64,000 nucleotides of DNA from Halobacteriota archaeon (GTDB lineage: Archaea; Halobacteriota; Bog-38; Methanoflorentales; Methanoflorentaceae). Made by a program: the position numbers and the translations under genes. Every line of letters begins with the position of its first letter. Position 1 is the stretch's first letter. Shown here one piece after another: positions 8,930 through 19,394 of the stretch. The stretch lies in assembly GCA_050013755.1 (NCBI GenBank), contig JBEKER010000003.1:14404-78403 (forward strand), written 5' to 3'. The notes beneath the pieces are model-generated. The model was not told where the DNA came from. It saw only the letters and a program-made list of their open reading frames with translations, and made no database searches.

Positions 8930-10606
8930 TCAACGAATCTTCTTCGCAAGACCCTCGGCCAGCCGCTGCAACGCAGGCGAGCTATCGTGAGGATCAAGCT
9001 GAACTTCAATAATCGTAAACCCCTCGGTGTAGGCCCGCGCCGCGTCGAGCGCGTGGTCAAGCTCATCCTCCGTCGTCGCCACGGTACCCTTCCCCCCACC
9101 AACGATCTCCGGGAATCGACTGTACTGCCACACCTGCAGGTCGTTAAAGGGCCCGTCTTGGATTGGCCGTTCGGTCGCATACCCATAATTGTTGAGCACA
9201 ACGATGATTGGATTCAGGCCGAGCCGTGCGACGGTCGAAACCTCGATGCCGGTCATTTGGAATGCCCCGTCACCGACGAGCACTAACGGACGAAGATTGG
9301 GATTCGCGAGTTGTGCTCCGATGCTCGCCGGCACCGCAAACCCGAGCGAGAGGTAATACCCGGGCGACAGGAATTCAGTTCTGCGGTGGGTGATGAGATC
9401 AAGCCCGCCGAAGAGCGCATCGCCAACGTCGGCGATGACCACGGTGTTGTCCTCGAGCGCCCAGTTAAGCCGTTCAAACAGCCTCTTGACGGTAATCTTC
9501 TCTCCTCTTTTCGTTACGAATGGTACGATAGGCCGCGGGTGTGGAAAGTCGCGGGGGATACGCGGCGTGATGGGGGCGGTGAGCAAGCCTTCGAGGAAGT
9601 CGTTTAGACCGACGCGCGCGTAGGTGCGATACCGAATCGAACATTGCTCGCTCGTGACGTAAATTGCGTTTTCCTGGTCGATATGCGCGGTATACTGTCC
9701 GAGGTTAACGTCCGTCATAAAGGCACCGAGGAGGATCAGGCAATCACTTGACTCGACATAGTCGCGGACGGACGCAAAGCCCATCGCCCCTTCGTAGATG
9801 CCCATGTACAGGGGATGATACTCGTCGACAACTGATTTACCCAGAATTGTCGCAGCGACAGGGATCTGCGCTTTATCAATTAAGGCGAGAAGCTTGTCCT
9901 GCAGTCCGAACCGGTGCAGCTCGACATCGGCAATTACGACGGGTTGCTGAGACTCGTTGATCATCATCACCGCGTCGTCAAGAGCGGCCTGCAAAGTGTT
10001 AGGATCGCTCGTATCTTCTGCTCGCGGTACCGAAGCCTGATGTGGCGGCTTCACGCGGGCGAACGTAATATCGCGCGGGAGCTCAATGTATACCGGCCGC
10101 TTAATGCGGACTGCTTCGGATAACACGCGGTCAATCTCTTGGCACGCAGTGTGCGGATCATCTAAAACCGCAGACGCGACCGTCACTTCCTCAAAGATCT
10201 TCTTTTGCGTGTTGAAGGTTCGCACTTTATGGTGGAGGAGGGGGTTCCCTATCCTTTCTTTGATTCCCGGAGCTCCGGCGATGACTATCAGCGGAGATTT
10301 TTCCGCATATGCCTGCGCTGTGGCATTGACGACCTTCAGGCCGCCGACGGAGTAAGTGACACACACAGCGCCTATTCCCCGTATACGTGCGTAGGCATCA
10401 GCGGCGTAGCCCGCGTTGAGTTCGTCGCACGTCGTAACAAGGTTGAGCGCGCTATCGCTGAGCTGCTTGAAAAAGCCGAGCACGTAATCCCCTGGCACTC
10501 CGAAGACGTGTGAAAGGCCTAATAATCGAAGCCGCTCAATAAGGTACGCGCCAACGTTCTCGGCACGATGAGACGTTCCGGATGTCGAAGCATCATCAGT
10601 TTCCGT
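8930..10606 (-). CDS. Thiamine diphosphate-dependent alpha-keto acid decarboxylase (pyruvate/indolepyruvate decarboxylase family); probable ACG start
   Basis: VGAYLIERL..LG..HVFGVPGDY, CDELNAGYAADAYAR, LHH, GDGAFQMTG.E...NNYGY (ThDP motif). The conserved N-terminus lies upstream of the GTG used in the ORF track. Confidence 0.9.
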   Translation of the reverse strand, partial: TETDDASTSGTSHRAENVGAYLIERLRLLGLSHVFGVPGDYVLGFFKQLSDSALNLVTTCDELNAGYAADAYARIRGIGAVCVTYSVGGLKVVNATAQAYAEKSPLIVIAGAPGIKERIGNPLLHHKVRTFNTQKKIFEEVTVASAVLDDPHTACQEIDRVLSEAVRIKRPVYIELPRDITFARVKPPHQASVPRAEDTSDPNTLQAALDDAVMMINESQQPVVIADVELHRFGLQDKLLALIDKAQIPVAATILGKSVVDEYHPLYMGIYEGAMGFASVRDYVESSDCLILLGAFMTDVNLGQYTAHIDQENAIYVTSEQCSIRYRTYARVGLNDFLEGLLTAPITPRIPRDFPHPRPIVPFVTKRGEKITVKRLFERLNWALEDNTVVIADVGDALFGGLDLITHRRTEFLSPGYYLSLGFAVPASIGAQLANPNLRPLVLVGDGAFQMTGIEVSTVARLGLNPIIVVLNNYGYATERPIQDGPFNDLQVWQYSRFPEIVGGGKGTVATTEDELDHALDAARAYTEGFTIIEVQLDPHDSSPALQRLAEGLAKKIR

Positions 10607-11089
10607 TTGGTTCCCCTCTTTTACTTAGCCAAACAGCATTCTTCTTTGCTGAAGCGGTGGTTGGTTTGCAGATGAGAAGTCCTTGAAGGTTCAGCAAGCA
10701 TCAATCGTTCTAGCGCACTATTCAGCCATATACCTGTGGCCTTTGTTCAACATCCGTCAGTCGGTCAATGCGTTTTTCGCCTGGTAAGCATCACAGTCGA
10801 GAGCGTTCCCATGGGACAACGACCACGGGACCCGTCTCATCGCTCTCAATATTAGCAAACTCGGACATCGCGACGCTAGCAGATCCGCTTGACACGCCGC
10901 GGGCTAATAGGAGGTCCGGTCCTACCGACTCCTTCTCAGCGGTTGCGGCTTTTCAAACAACCCGCCCCTGCAGCACGCAATGATTTATCATATCTAACCG
11001 GAATAGTGGGTGAGTGGCGCGACTCGCGCCCTATGAGTGTCAAAGCACGCGCAGCACGGAACGTCGTGGCTGTGTGCTGGAGAACTCCT

Positions 11090-12394
11090 GTGGAACCATA
11101 CGCCGCTATCGCCCTGGTGACCTTTCTAGTAACGTATGGAGCGTTGGCCACAGAAAAAATCAACAGAACGGTCGTCGTAGGCGCAGGGAGCCTGGTGCTG
11201 CTCATCACGGGCGTCCTCACCCTCGCTGAGGCCATTAATTATGTCAGCTGGGAGACCATCGGCCTGTTGTTTGGGATGTTCATCATCGTCGTGGTGCTAT
11301 CAGATGCGGGGTTCTTCTCATACGTGGCATTCATCCTTGCAAAGAGGCTGAATTACAACCCTCGCACCATGCTGATCGTGTTCCCCCTCTTGGCAGGGCT
11401 GCTGGCCTCGTTCGTGAATAGCATTACAGTCATGCTCTTTTTTGCGGCGATTACGATCGAGATCGCGCGGCTCGTGAAGATCGACCCGGTGCCCCTCGTC
11501 GTCGCGGAGGTCGTCGTTGCCAACATCGGGGGGGCCTCAACCCTCATCGGCGGCCCACCCAACGTCATACTCGGGACCCAGCTGGGCTTTGGCTTTAACG
11601 AGTTTCTGAGGAATAACGCCCCCATCGCGCTTGCTGCCGCCCTTTTAGCAGTAGGGGTGCTCTATCTTACGCAGCGGAGGGCGCTGACGCCTTTCGCGAA
11701 GGTTGACACGCGTGCGCTCTCGAGAATCGCTCCTGAGAGCGCCATCATCAGCAAACGGATGTTCCGTCTCGCCCTCGCCGCCCTCATCGCTGCAGTGGTA
11801 CTCCTCGTCAGCGGGGGTTATCTCGAGGCGGCATTCGGCATCCCGCTGAATACCGCCCTCGCCGCCCTCATTCCCGCCTTTGTCTTGCTCCTTGTCGGCA
11901 GAGGAGGTATCGAGGACACTCTCAAGAAGGTCGATTACGAACTGCTGCTGTTCTTTATCGGTCTCTTTGTGTTAGTTGGCGGACTTGAAAAGACCGGGCT
12001 CCTGGGCGTGTTTGCAACCGGCTTAGCAGGCGCGTCTATGGGGAACAACACCGTGCTGCTCTCGCTGCTGCTTTTCGGGTCGGCCTTCATAAGCGGGCTG
12101 GTCAACACCGTCCCCTTCGCCGTGATGATGAGCTACGTTATCCGAGATCTGTCGCTCATTCCGTCAGTTCTCGCCACGGCCCTGATGGTCTGGGCGGTAT
12201 CGCTGGGCGCCAACATCGGGGGCAATCTCACGCCCATCGGCGCCTCGTCGAACGTTGTCGCGTACAGCTCACTGGAGACGCACGGGGTGCGCATGGGATG
12301 GGTGCGATGGATAAAAATAGCGGTCCCGCCGACGGTGGCGGCGCTCATACTGTGTGATCTCCTGCTCTACGTCAAATATATGGGATTCTTCTGA
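11090..12394 (+). CDS. ArsB/NhaD-family ion transporter (IT superfamily)
   Basis: About 12 TM; WETIGLLFGM, ANIGGASTLIGGPPNVI, GANIGGNLTPIGASSNVV; GTG 11090 with SD GGAGA. Confidence 0.85.
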   Translation: MEPYAAIALVTFLVTYGALATEKINRTVVVGAGSLVLLITGVLTLAEAINYVSWETIGLLFGMFIIVVVLSDAGFFSYVAFILAKRLNYNPRTMLIVFPLLAGLLASFVNSITVMLFFAAITIEIARLVKIDPVPLVVAEVVVANIGGASTLIGGPPNVILGTQLGFGFNEFLRNNAPIALAAALLAVGVLYLTQRRALTPFAKVDTRALSRIAPESAIISKRMFRLALAALIAAVVLLVSGGYLEAAFGIPLNTALAALIPAFVLLLVGRGGIEDTLKKVDYELLLFFIGLFVLVGGLEKTGLLGVFATGLAGASMGNNTVLLSLLLFGSAFISGLVNTVPFAVMMSYVIRDLSLIPSVLATALMVWAVSLGANIGGNLTPIGASSNVVAYSSLETHGVRMGWVRWIKIAVPPTVAALILCDLLLYVKYMGFF

Positions 12395-12410
12395 ATCGAT
12401 GGTGGTAACC

Positions 12411-12890
12411 ATGAAAGTCCTCGTCTGTTTTGATGGATCGCCCTCAGTTACGGAGGGCGTGAAATGTGCCGTAAACGCGCTCCGGCGCGATATCGACTAC
12501 ACGCTGCTGTACGTGCTCACTGAGCGCGGCATCTACGAGAGCTACAAGCACTTATTTCGGGAAGACTTGGAACGAATCGAAGCGCTCGTCGGAGACGTTG
12601 ACTCAGAGAAAAAAACCGCGAGACGGCTCTTTCTCGACCCTCTCTGCGCGCACATGCGAGAACAGGGTCTCGCCGTCCGCGCGGTTGTGAGGGAAGGGCA
12701 CGCTGCCGAAGAGATTCTGGACGAGGTGCGTGAAGGACACTACGATATCGTCATGCTCGGAGCTGGACACTCTTTCTCAGCGTCGAGACTGCTCGTGGGT
12801 AGCACGGTGACCGAGGTAATGCGGAACGCCCGCACGTGCGTCATGGTGATGCACCCTGCGCGTATGCACATCACAGAACAACACCGTTAA
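12411..12890 (+). CDS. Universal stress protein (single USP domain)
   Basis: KVLVCFDGS, REGHAAEEIL, YDIVMLGA, LLVGSTVTEV; directly follows the permease. Confidence 0.9.
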   Translation: MKVLVCFDGSPSVTEGVKCAVNALRRDIDYTLLYVLTERGIYESYKHLFREDLERIEALVGDVDSEKKTARRLFLDPLCAHMREQGLAVRAVVREGHAAEEILDEVREGHYDIVMLGAGHSFSASRLLVGSTVTEVMRNARTCVMVMHPARMHITEQHR

Positions 12891-13229
12891 GCCACGGGCC
12901 GACGCCACTGCGTGATAACCCGATAGATCCCGATCAAGGGGCCCAGAACGAGCCCGTAAGTCAAAGCAAATCGAAAAATAAATGGTCTAATTACCGTTGA
13001 AAGCCGTCAAAGCCAATGTTAACGCAAAGATACAATAGCTAACAATTTGAAACTCAATCTCAGTCGTCACCGCTTTAGATTACCTCTGCGCCGCACGCTT
13101 CTGGCGCCTTGAGCCAGAATATATACCCTCTCGAGTACCTGTTTGCAGGGCAAAAGCCGTCTTGTAGCGCGTTTATTGCAGATTCAAAGCTGATGGCCTC
13201 GCGACGTCCTTCGTCGCACGAAGACGTGC

Positions 13230-13454
13230 TTAAACGCTGGCATCTCTCCTAGTCTGTTTCTCAAGTTGCTTTACTATCCAGAGGTATTTGCACTCCAAAT
13301 CTTTGTTTTCTGTCTTTAATTTGTCGTTCTCCTTATTCAGGCGTTCAACTTCGGCGCGCACGCGGGTAAACGCTTCCGAATGCTTCAGCTGTAGCCTTTC
13401 GTTCTTAGCTTTCAAGAGCTCGTTTTCGACCGTAAGTAGAGACTCCTTGAGCAT
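13230..13454 (-). CDS. Small coiled-coil hypothetical protein
   Basis: 74 aa, heptad-like Leu/Glu/Lys pattern. Confidence 0.5.
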   Translation of the reverse strand: MLKESLLTVENELLKAKNERLQLKHSEAFTRVRAEVERLNKENDKLKTENKDLECKYLWIVKQLEKQTRRDASV

Positions 13455-13578
13455 ATCTGGTCATAGCCTATAATGGCACAAATAGAGCGCGCCGTAAAAA
13501 AGCATAGCACGTTCGTTTAGCTGCGATGCAGCCTCAAGTCATCCGAAGCGTGTTGTCTGGAGGGAGTATGCGGTTTAT

Positions 13579-13806
13579 TTAGCGTCTGTGAGCTGGCACT
13601 TGAAAACGCAACGTGACGCTTGCGCGTCGTCGTCGGACGAGGGCGCAGTTTCGCGTATGCTCGAACTCCAAACGCTTTGTTGTGAGGGGTTCAACCGCTC
13701 GTGCGTCTTCTAGCTCTCTGAGCGTCGCTGTGGCGCTCTATCGAATCTCCGCGCTCTTATCACGCAACGCGATGTTCAACTCATCGACAATTGTTCCGGC
13801 TGCCAT
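13579..13806 (-). pseudogene. HEAT/PBS-lyase repeat gene remnant
   Basis: MAAGTIVDELNIALRDKSAEIR*SATATLRELEDARAVEPL; in-frame TAG at 13738-13740; resembles repeats of the intact 37525-38226 protein. Confidence 0.55.
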
Positions 13807-13836
13807 TGTGCTCGCATCGTTTGCAAACTCAAGGCA

Positions 13837-15222
13837 TTATCGCCGTCTCTGCCGCACTCTAAAATGTTTGGCAACGAAGCCCCGTATTTTAGTAATGACC
13901 GCTACGCCGACCCCCGTCACACTCCCCGCTCTTGGCTGCGCCGTCGGCTCACACTCCGCAACCTCCTTACCGATCTGAACCTGAATAGACCGGGACTTCT
14001 CAGTCGCAAGCACCTGTGATGGATAGATGCTTCGGTGACCGGACATGACGTAGCTGACAACGCACGCTACTGCGGCGTACGGCGCGACTGCCGGCCCAAA
14101 GAGCTCAATTGAAATAATACTTGCAGCGATGGGGGTGTTGGTGGCTCCCGCAAGAACGGCTACGAGGCCAATAGCCGCAAACGTCGCCGAGTTCAAGCCA
14201 AATACTTGCGCGAAAAGAGCGCCGGCCGTGGAACCAATAAAGAAGATAGGGGTGATGATACCGCCGCTTCCCCCAAAGCCCAACGTTATGCTCGTAAACA
14301 CGATTTTTAAGGGGAAGGCGTACCAGACAGCCTGCTGCCCCTGCAGCGTGGCCTGAGTCGTGGCCAATCCGAGCCCAAGGTACTGCGTCGAGAATGCCAG
14401 AGTCAACAGTATGAGCGCTGCCCCGCCAATGATGCCCTTGGCGGGCGCCCACAGGGGCAGACGTTCTGCTGCCTTTTTGAAGAGGTTGAAGAGCTCAATG
14501 AGAAGGAGCGCGACAATCCCAAAGAAGATGCCTGCAACAATCACTTGCACCAAGAAGAACCCGCTGAAGACGGGCACGAACTTGAGGGGGCTGTAGAAAT
14601 AGGTGATGCCAAGGGCAGCCGACACCTGGTAGCTGACGATTCCTGCGATGAACGCCGGAAGAAGTACGTCGTACATGAGGCCCCCTACAAAGAGGACTTC
14701 GACCCCGAAGATAGCACCCCCTATGGGCGTACCAAAAACGGAGGCAAATCCGGCGCTGACCCCACAGATGACTAATTTCCGACGGTCACGGTCGTCGAAC
14801 TTCAGGAGATCGCTAAACAGTGAAGAGAGCCCCGCCCCTATCTGGGCGCCAGGTTCTTCCTTGCCTGCCGAGCCGCCTGACGCGATAGTGATGAGCGTGG
14901 CTGCGAGCCTTACCAAAACCGTTGACGGCTTTATTTTGCCGGATCGTTTGTGAAGGGCATCAATAATCATCGCCGTGCCGTGCCCTTCATCGCCTGGGGC
15001 AAGGTATTTCATCATGGCGCCGCTGACAAGGAGCGCTAGGGGAAGGAGGAGAAAGTAGTAGGGAAACTGGCCGGTCACGGCAATGCTGTAGTCTAACGCC
15101 TTTAGGAAAACGGCTACAGCTAAGCCGACAGCGACTCCAACAAGCGTGCCTAGCACGCACCACTTGCAGACGCTGATGAATAAGACGATTTGCCTAGCGA
15201 GGATACTAGACGCATTCGACAC
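13837..15222 (-). CDS. CLC chloride channel/transporter family protein (no CBS domains)
   Basis: GHGT, GGSAGKEEP, FGTPIGGAIFGVE, GGSGGIITP, TNTPIAASII. Confidence 0.9.
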   Translation of the reverse strand: MSNASSILARQIVLFISVCKWCVLGTLVGVAVGLAVAVFLKALDYSIAVTGQFPYYFLLLPLALLVSGAMMKYLAPGDEGHGTAMIIDALHKRSGKIKPSTVLVRLAATLITIASGGSAGKEEPGAQIGAGLSSLFSDLLKFDDRDRRKLVICGVSAGFASVFGTPIGGAIFGVEVLFVGGLMYDVLLPAFIAGIVSYQVSAALGITYFYSPLKFVPVFSGFFLVQVIVAGIFFGIVALLLIELFNLFKKAAERLPLWAPAKGIIGGAALILLTLAFSTQYLGLGLATTQATLQGQQAVWYAFPLKIVFTSITLGFGGSGGIITPIFFIGSTAGALFAQVFGLNSATFAAIGLVAVLAGATNTPIAASIISIELFGPAVAPYAAVACVVSYVMSGHRSIYPSQVLATEKSRSIQVQIGKEVAECEPTAQPRAGSVTGVGVAVITKIRGFVAKHFRVRQRRR

Positions 15223-15334
15223 ACGTAAAAAAGATCGAGCGAGGCTTTAACGGTTGCCCTTCGATCGCGCCCGGAAGTCGACTTTGAGCGCATGGCGACT
15301 GGAGCCACTGCGAGACGCTTTTTTTGTCAGTGTT

Positions 15335-17827
15335 TCAGTTCGAGCTAGGTGCGTAAGCTGCAGGCACGTGTGTGGGTTTGCTACCACGCTCCAGCACATG
15401 TCGATAAAAAAGCACTTTCAACGCATCGGTGATAAGGAACCACACGAGTGCATACGCCCAAACAACGAGAGCCAGGCCCCACCCAAGCGGCGCCATAAAC
15501 AGCCCATAGACGACGATGAGCGTTGCCACGAGCTGGGTGCCGAGAACCGCTGCGACCAAAACAGGAGCAGGCGCAAAAGACCAAAATCGGCCTCGCGTTC
15601 GGGCCACAAAGATCATGAAATGCCCCGCTACGGAGAGGTTTAGGTACATCATTGACTGGATAACCAAGCTGTTAATGAAGAAGACGCGGTAGGCGAGGTA
15701 GAAGAGCGAGAATGATGCGATCACGCCCAGCACGCCCAGAAGGGTCGCGACTAAAATCACCGTTCGCATATCCCACGCCTCCGGGGTGTTCCTGTACTGG
15801 GCGCGGTCGTACGCAATCGTGAGGATGGCGCCGTCGTTGAGCAGCGCGAGCAGCACGATCATAATTGCGGTGACCGGGTAGACGTTGACGATGAGTATCG
15901 CAAGCGCGATAAACAGAAGCACCCGGATGGTCTCGGCGATACGATAGATTGAATAGCTTACCATCCGTTGGAAGATCTTACGGCTCTCTTTGATTGCGTC
16001 AATGATTACTGATAGGCCTGGACTCGTCAATACGATGTCCGCTGCCGATTTTGCGGCATCAGTGGCTCCTGCAACGGCGACGCCGGCATCCGCTTTTTTC
16101 AACGCTGGAGCGTCATTGACTCCATCACCGGTCATGCCAACGATGTGTCCTCTGTCTTGGAGCAGTGCAACGATGTGGTACTTGTGCTCAGGGAACACTT
16201 GAGCAAAGCCATCCGCGCTTTCCACGATATCCCCTGCCTCCTTGTCAGATTTATCGGCAAAGGAAGTGGCGTCTATGATGTTTGTGCCTAAATGGACCTC
16301 TGAGGCAGTTGTTTTGGCGATCGCGGTATGATCGCCCGTCACCATCTTGATTTCGACGCCCATCGATTGCGCTGTCTGAATTGTCTCTGCTGAATCCTCA
16401 CGCGGGGGATCATAAAGTGCGATAAGTCCGACATACTCCCAGTCGTCCGGTTGATTCATTCGCGCGACCCCGAGCGCGCGGTAGCCTCTTTCCGCGAATG
16501 CATCCACAAGGGTGTTGACTTGTTCGGCAAGTTCTGAGCTCTGCGAGGTAAGCGCAAGGATCGCTTGTGGCGCACCTTTTGACACCTTGAACCGGCCCGA
16601 ATCCGCCCCTTCAACGGTTGCCTCAGTCCTTTTGGAAACGGGATCAAACGGTGTGAACTCTGCTGCCGTGTATGGCCCCCGGCTCGCATCAAGTACAGGT
16701 GCTTCTGCTGCCTTCGCGAGGATCACAGCATCTATGGGATCCTGATCCTCCGCTCGAGAAGCTAAGCTGCCAAAAAGCAAAACGTCAGAAGCCGTGAAAC
16801 CTTCGAACGGTCGGACATCCGCGAGCGTAAGCTCGTTCTTCGTGATCGTGCCCGTTTTGTCCGTGCACAAAATGTCCACGCCGGCCATCTCTTCAATTGC
16901 AACGAGCTTGCTTACAATCGCTGCTTTCTTCGCAAGAGCGATTGCTCCAACGGCCATCGTGACGGAAAGGACTGCCGGGAGAGCGACGGGTATGGCTGCG
17001 ATCGTGAGGACTAGCGCGAATTGAAGAATCGCCAAAAGGCTTTCTTGGCGAACGTACGCAACCACGATGATAAGCGCAGCGAACGCGATCGCAATCGCAA
17101 TGAGATAATCACCGATCCTGATGACAGCTTTCTGAAAGTGGCTCTGCGTTTTCGCCTCTTCAACGAGTCGTGCCGTTTCGCCGAAGTAGGTCGCCATTCC
17201 CGTCGTAACTACGAGTGCATCCATTTCACCCTGGCGCACGACTGAACCGGAATAGGCCACGTCCGATGCGTATTTTTCGACGGGGAGGGATTCGCCCGTT
17301 AATCCAGACTCATCGAGAAGCAGGAAAGCGCCGCTGGTGAGCTTGACGTCGGCGGGCACGACGTCTCCAAGCCGCACCCGAATGATGTCGCCCGGCACAA
17401 GCTGTTGCGCAGCAAGCTCGGACCACGACCCGTCCCGCAACACCCTTGCAGTCACCGCAAGCTTCCGTTTCAAGAGCTCAACTGCGTTCGCTGCCTTGTT
17501 CTCCTGCCAAAACCCGACGGCAGCGTTCATGAACAGGAGCGCCAGGATGATGAAAAAGTCCTCGTAGTGCTGGATGAGGGCAGAAAGAACGATCGCGACC
17601 TCAATCATCCACGGAATGGGACCCCAAAAATAGGTGAGAAACTTCACAAGCGGATTGACCCGCTTTTCGGTAATATCGTTTGGACCATACGAATCTAATC
17701 GCCGAGATGCCTCGGCCGCCGATAGGCCGTTTTCGCTAGACGAGAGCCGCTGCAGTAGCTCAGCCACGCTGGCCTTTTGCGCCTCGCCTGCGGGTATGAT
17801 TCCCTCTGAGTTGTCTAGGTCGGACAA
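15335..17827 (-). CDS. Plasma-membrane-type proton-efflux P-type ATPase (P3A)
   Basis: FWGPIPWMIE, TGES, IPVALPAV, DKTGT, DPID, FTPFDPVSKRTE, TGDGVNDAPALKKAD; TTG start with SD GGAGG. Confidence 0.92.
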   Translation of the reverse strand: MSDLDNSEGIIPAGEAQKASVAELLQRLSSSENGLSAAEASRRLDSYGPNDITEKRVNPLVKFLTYFWGPIPWMIEVAIVLSALIQHYEDFFIILALLFMNAAVGFWQENKAANAVELLKRKLAVTARVLRDGSWSELAAQQLVPGDIIRVRLGDVVPADVKLTSGAFLLLDESGLTGESLPVEKYASDVAYSGSVVRQGEMDALVVTTGMATYFGETARLVEEAKTQSHFQKAVIRIGDYLIAIAIAFAALIIVVAYVRQESLLAILQFALVLTIAAIPVALPAVLSVTMAVGAIALAKKAAIVSKLVAIEEMAGVDILCTDKTGTITKNELTLADVRPFEGFTASDVLLFGSLASRAEDQDPIDAVILAKAAEAPVLDASRGPYTAAEFTPFDPVSKRTEATVEGADSGRFKVSKGAPQAILALTSQSSELAEQVNTLVDAFAERGYRALGVARMNQPDDWEYVGLIALYDPPREDSAETIQTAQSMGVEIKMVTGDHTAIAKTTASEVHLGTNIIDATSFADKSDKEAGDIVESADGFAQVFPEHKYHIVALLQDRGHIVGMTGDGVNDAPALKKADAGVAVAGATDAAKSAADIVLTSPGLSVIIDAIKESRKIFQRMVSYSIYRIAETIRVLLFIALAILIVNVYPVTAIMIVLLALLNDGAILTIAYDRAQYRNTPEAWDMRTVILVATLLGVLGVIASFSLFYLAYRVFFINSLVIQSMMYLNLSVAGHFMIFVARTRGRFWSFAPAPVLVAAVLGTQLVATLIVVYGLFMAPLGWGLALVVWAYALVWFLITDALKVLFYRHVLERGSKPTHVPAAYAPSSN

Positions 17828-18011
17828 TACGCCCCTCCAATTCGTTTCAACGCCGTTTCGTATGCTACAGGGCGTCGCTAGTTTATGAAGACTGGTCTAC
17901 GAAATAAGGTCTAGAACGAACTCTTTTTGACGAGTGGCAGGCTGAAGTGTTAGTATTTGTCAGAAGGTTTTTATAGGTTGTACAAAGCATGCGACGCAGC
18001 AGGTGTAGCCA

Positions 18012-19232
18012 ATGTGCCCAAGCGAACCAAAAGCGCCGACAAATAAAGCGGTCTCCCGCTTACGGATCTGTTTTGTTTCTCCGTATCCGCCGAGATTTGA
18101 TGGCATAGCGACTTATTCGCACGAACTCGTTGAAGGCATCAAGAAGCGTGGGCACACGGTATATATCATCTGCAATCCAGATCTCGATGCAGGCGGGCAC
18201 ACAGGACAGGAAAACGTTATTGCTGCGATGGATCCGCGGAAAGCAGGCTGGTCTCAGGACGTTTTTGACGTCATCAACAAGCTGAACCCAGATGTCGTGC
18301 ACATTCAACACGAATACGGTCTTTACGATATCGACGGCAAACTTAGCACTGATCTGCTTGCCCTTCTCGTGCGGTTGAACCTGCAAAGAGTCCCCACCGT
18401 TGTGACGTATCACTCAGTGTACAGCACCCTCGGCTACAAGGAGTGTTTATTCATGAACCTGAGTTTGCAACTCATTGATGCCGGGATCGTGCACGAGGAG
18501 CTTCAAAAGATCTTTCTGCCGGTGAACTTGGGCTGGGTGCCCCAGAACGTCGCCGTGATACCGCACGGTGCTGAAGTGCTAAAGGCAGGGGGCGTGCCTG
18601 GTGTCGTCGAGTCGAAGAAAGAATATGGTCTTCAGGGTAAGGACGTCGCCATGTGTTTGGGCTGGTGGGAGCAATACAAGCGCTTTAACGACGTTGTCGA
18701 GATATGGCCACAAGTAGTCAGCGAAGTGCCTGACGCCGCTCTGGTTATCGCAGGAGATGCGCGGCCAGGGTCCCGGGACGGGGTGCGCTACAAACCTACG
18801 TTGTTGAAGGCCGTTGCTGACAGCTCTGCGAAGGATAGCATCGTCGTCATCCAAGGTTCTTTCCAGCCAAAGGAGTACCTAACGATTGAAAATGCGGCAG
18901 ATATCGTTGTGTTGCCGTATGAGCAAAGCAGCCAGTCAGGGGTGTTGGCGCACGCATTTTCGCTGGGCAAGCCTGCCGTCGTCACGGACGTTGGGGGTCT
19001 GCGGGACGAAGTAGAGACGAGCGGCGGGGGGGTCGTCGTTCCGCGGGGAGACTTGGAACAGCTTAAGGATTACGTGGTGCTGCTGCTCTCTAACAGGCAG
19101 ATTAGGGAACGATATTCGCAACGAGCGCTGTCGTACGTCGAAAAGCGCATCGGTTGGAAGTACGTGGCAGGGATACACCAATCGCTTTATCTCTCGATAA
19201 TCAAGAACAAGTCGCGCGCGGTTCGAGCGTAG
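18012..19232 (+). CDS. Glycosyltransferase family 4 protein
   Basis: ICFVSPYPPRFDGIATYS, VVHIQHEYGLY, IPHG, LPY...SQSGVLA.A.S.GKP.V.T. Confidence 0.9.
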   Translation: MCPSEPKAPTNKAVSRLRICFVSPYPPRFDGIATYSHELVEGIKKRGHTVYIICNPDLDAGGHTGQENVIAAMDPRKAGWSQDVFDVINKLNPDVVHIQHEYGLYDIDGKLSTDLLALLVRLNLQRVPTVVTYHSVYSTLGYKECLFMNLSLQLIDAGIVHEELQKIFLPVNLGWVPQNVAVIPHGAEVLKAGGVPGVVESKKEYGLQGKDVAMCLGWWEQYKRFNDVVEIWPQVVSEVPDAALVIAGDARPGSRDGVRYKPTLLKAVADSSAKDSIVVIQGSFQPKEYLTIENAADIVVLPYEQSSQSGVLAHAFSLGKPAVVTDVGGLRDEVETSGGGVVVPRGDLEQLKDYVVLLLSNRQIRERYSQRALSYVEKRIGWKYVAGIHQSLYLSIIKNKSRAVRA

Positions 19233-19394
19233 CGCAAGCGTAGCAACCGCGTTGCACCTGCTGTTAATGATGAAGGTCAGTAGAAGGAAAAGTGTAGTTT
19301 TGCTTATCCTTCCTGACACTTTTAGCTATCTGATCTAGCAAATATCTAGAAGTAAAGGTATAAAATCAGTTTATTATTTTGGGTTGGTTTTTCT

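Noticed and set aside
13837-15222. Fluoride-specific CLC-F assignment
   Set aside because: It lacks the GNNLI, GREGT and GEVTP signature motifs, and no fluoride riboswitch was recognised upstream.
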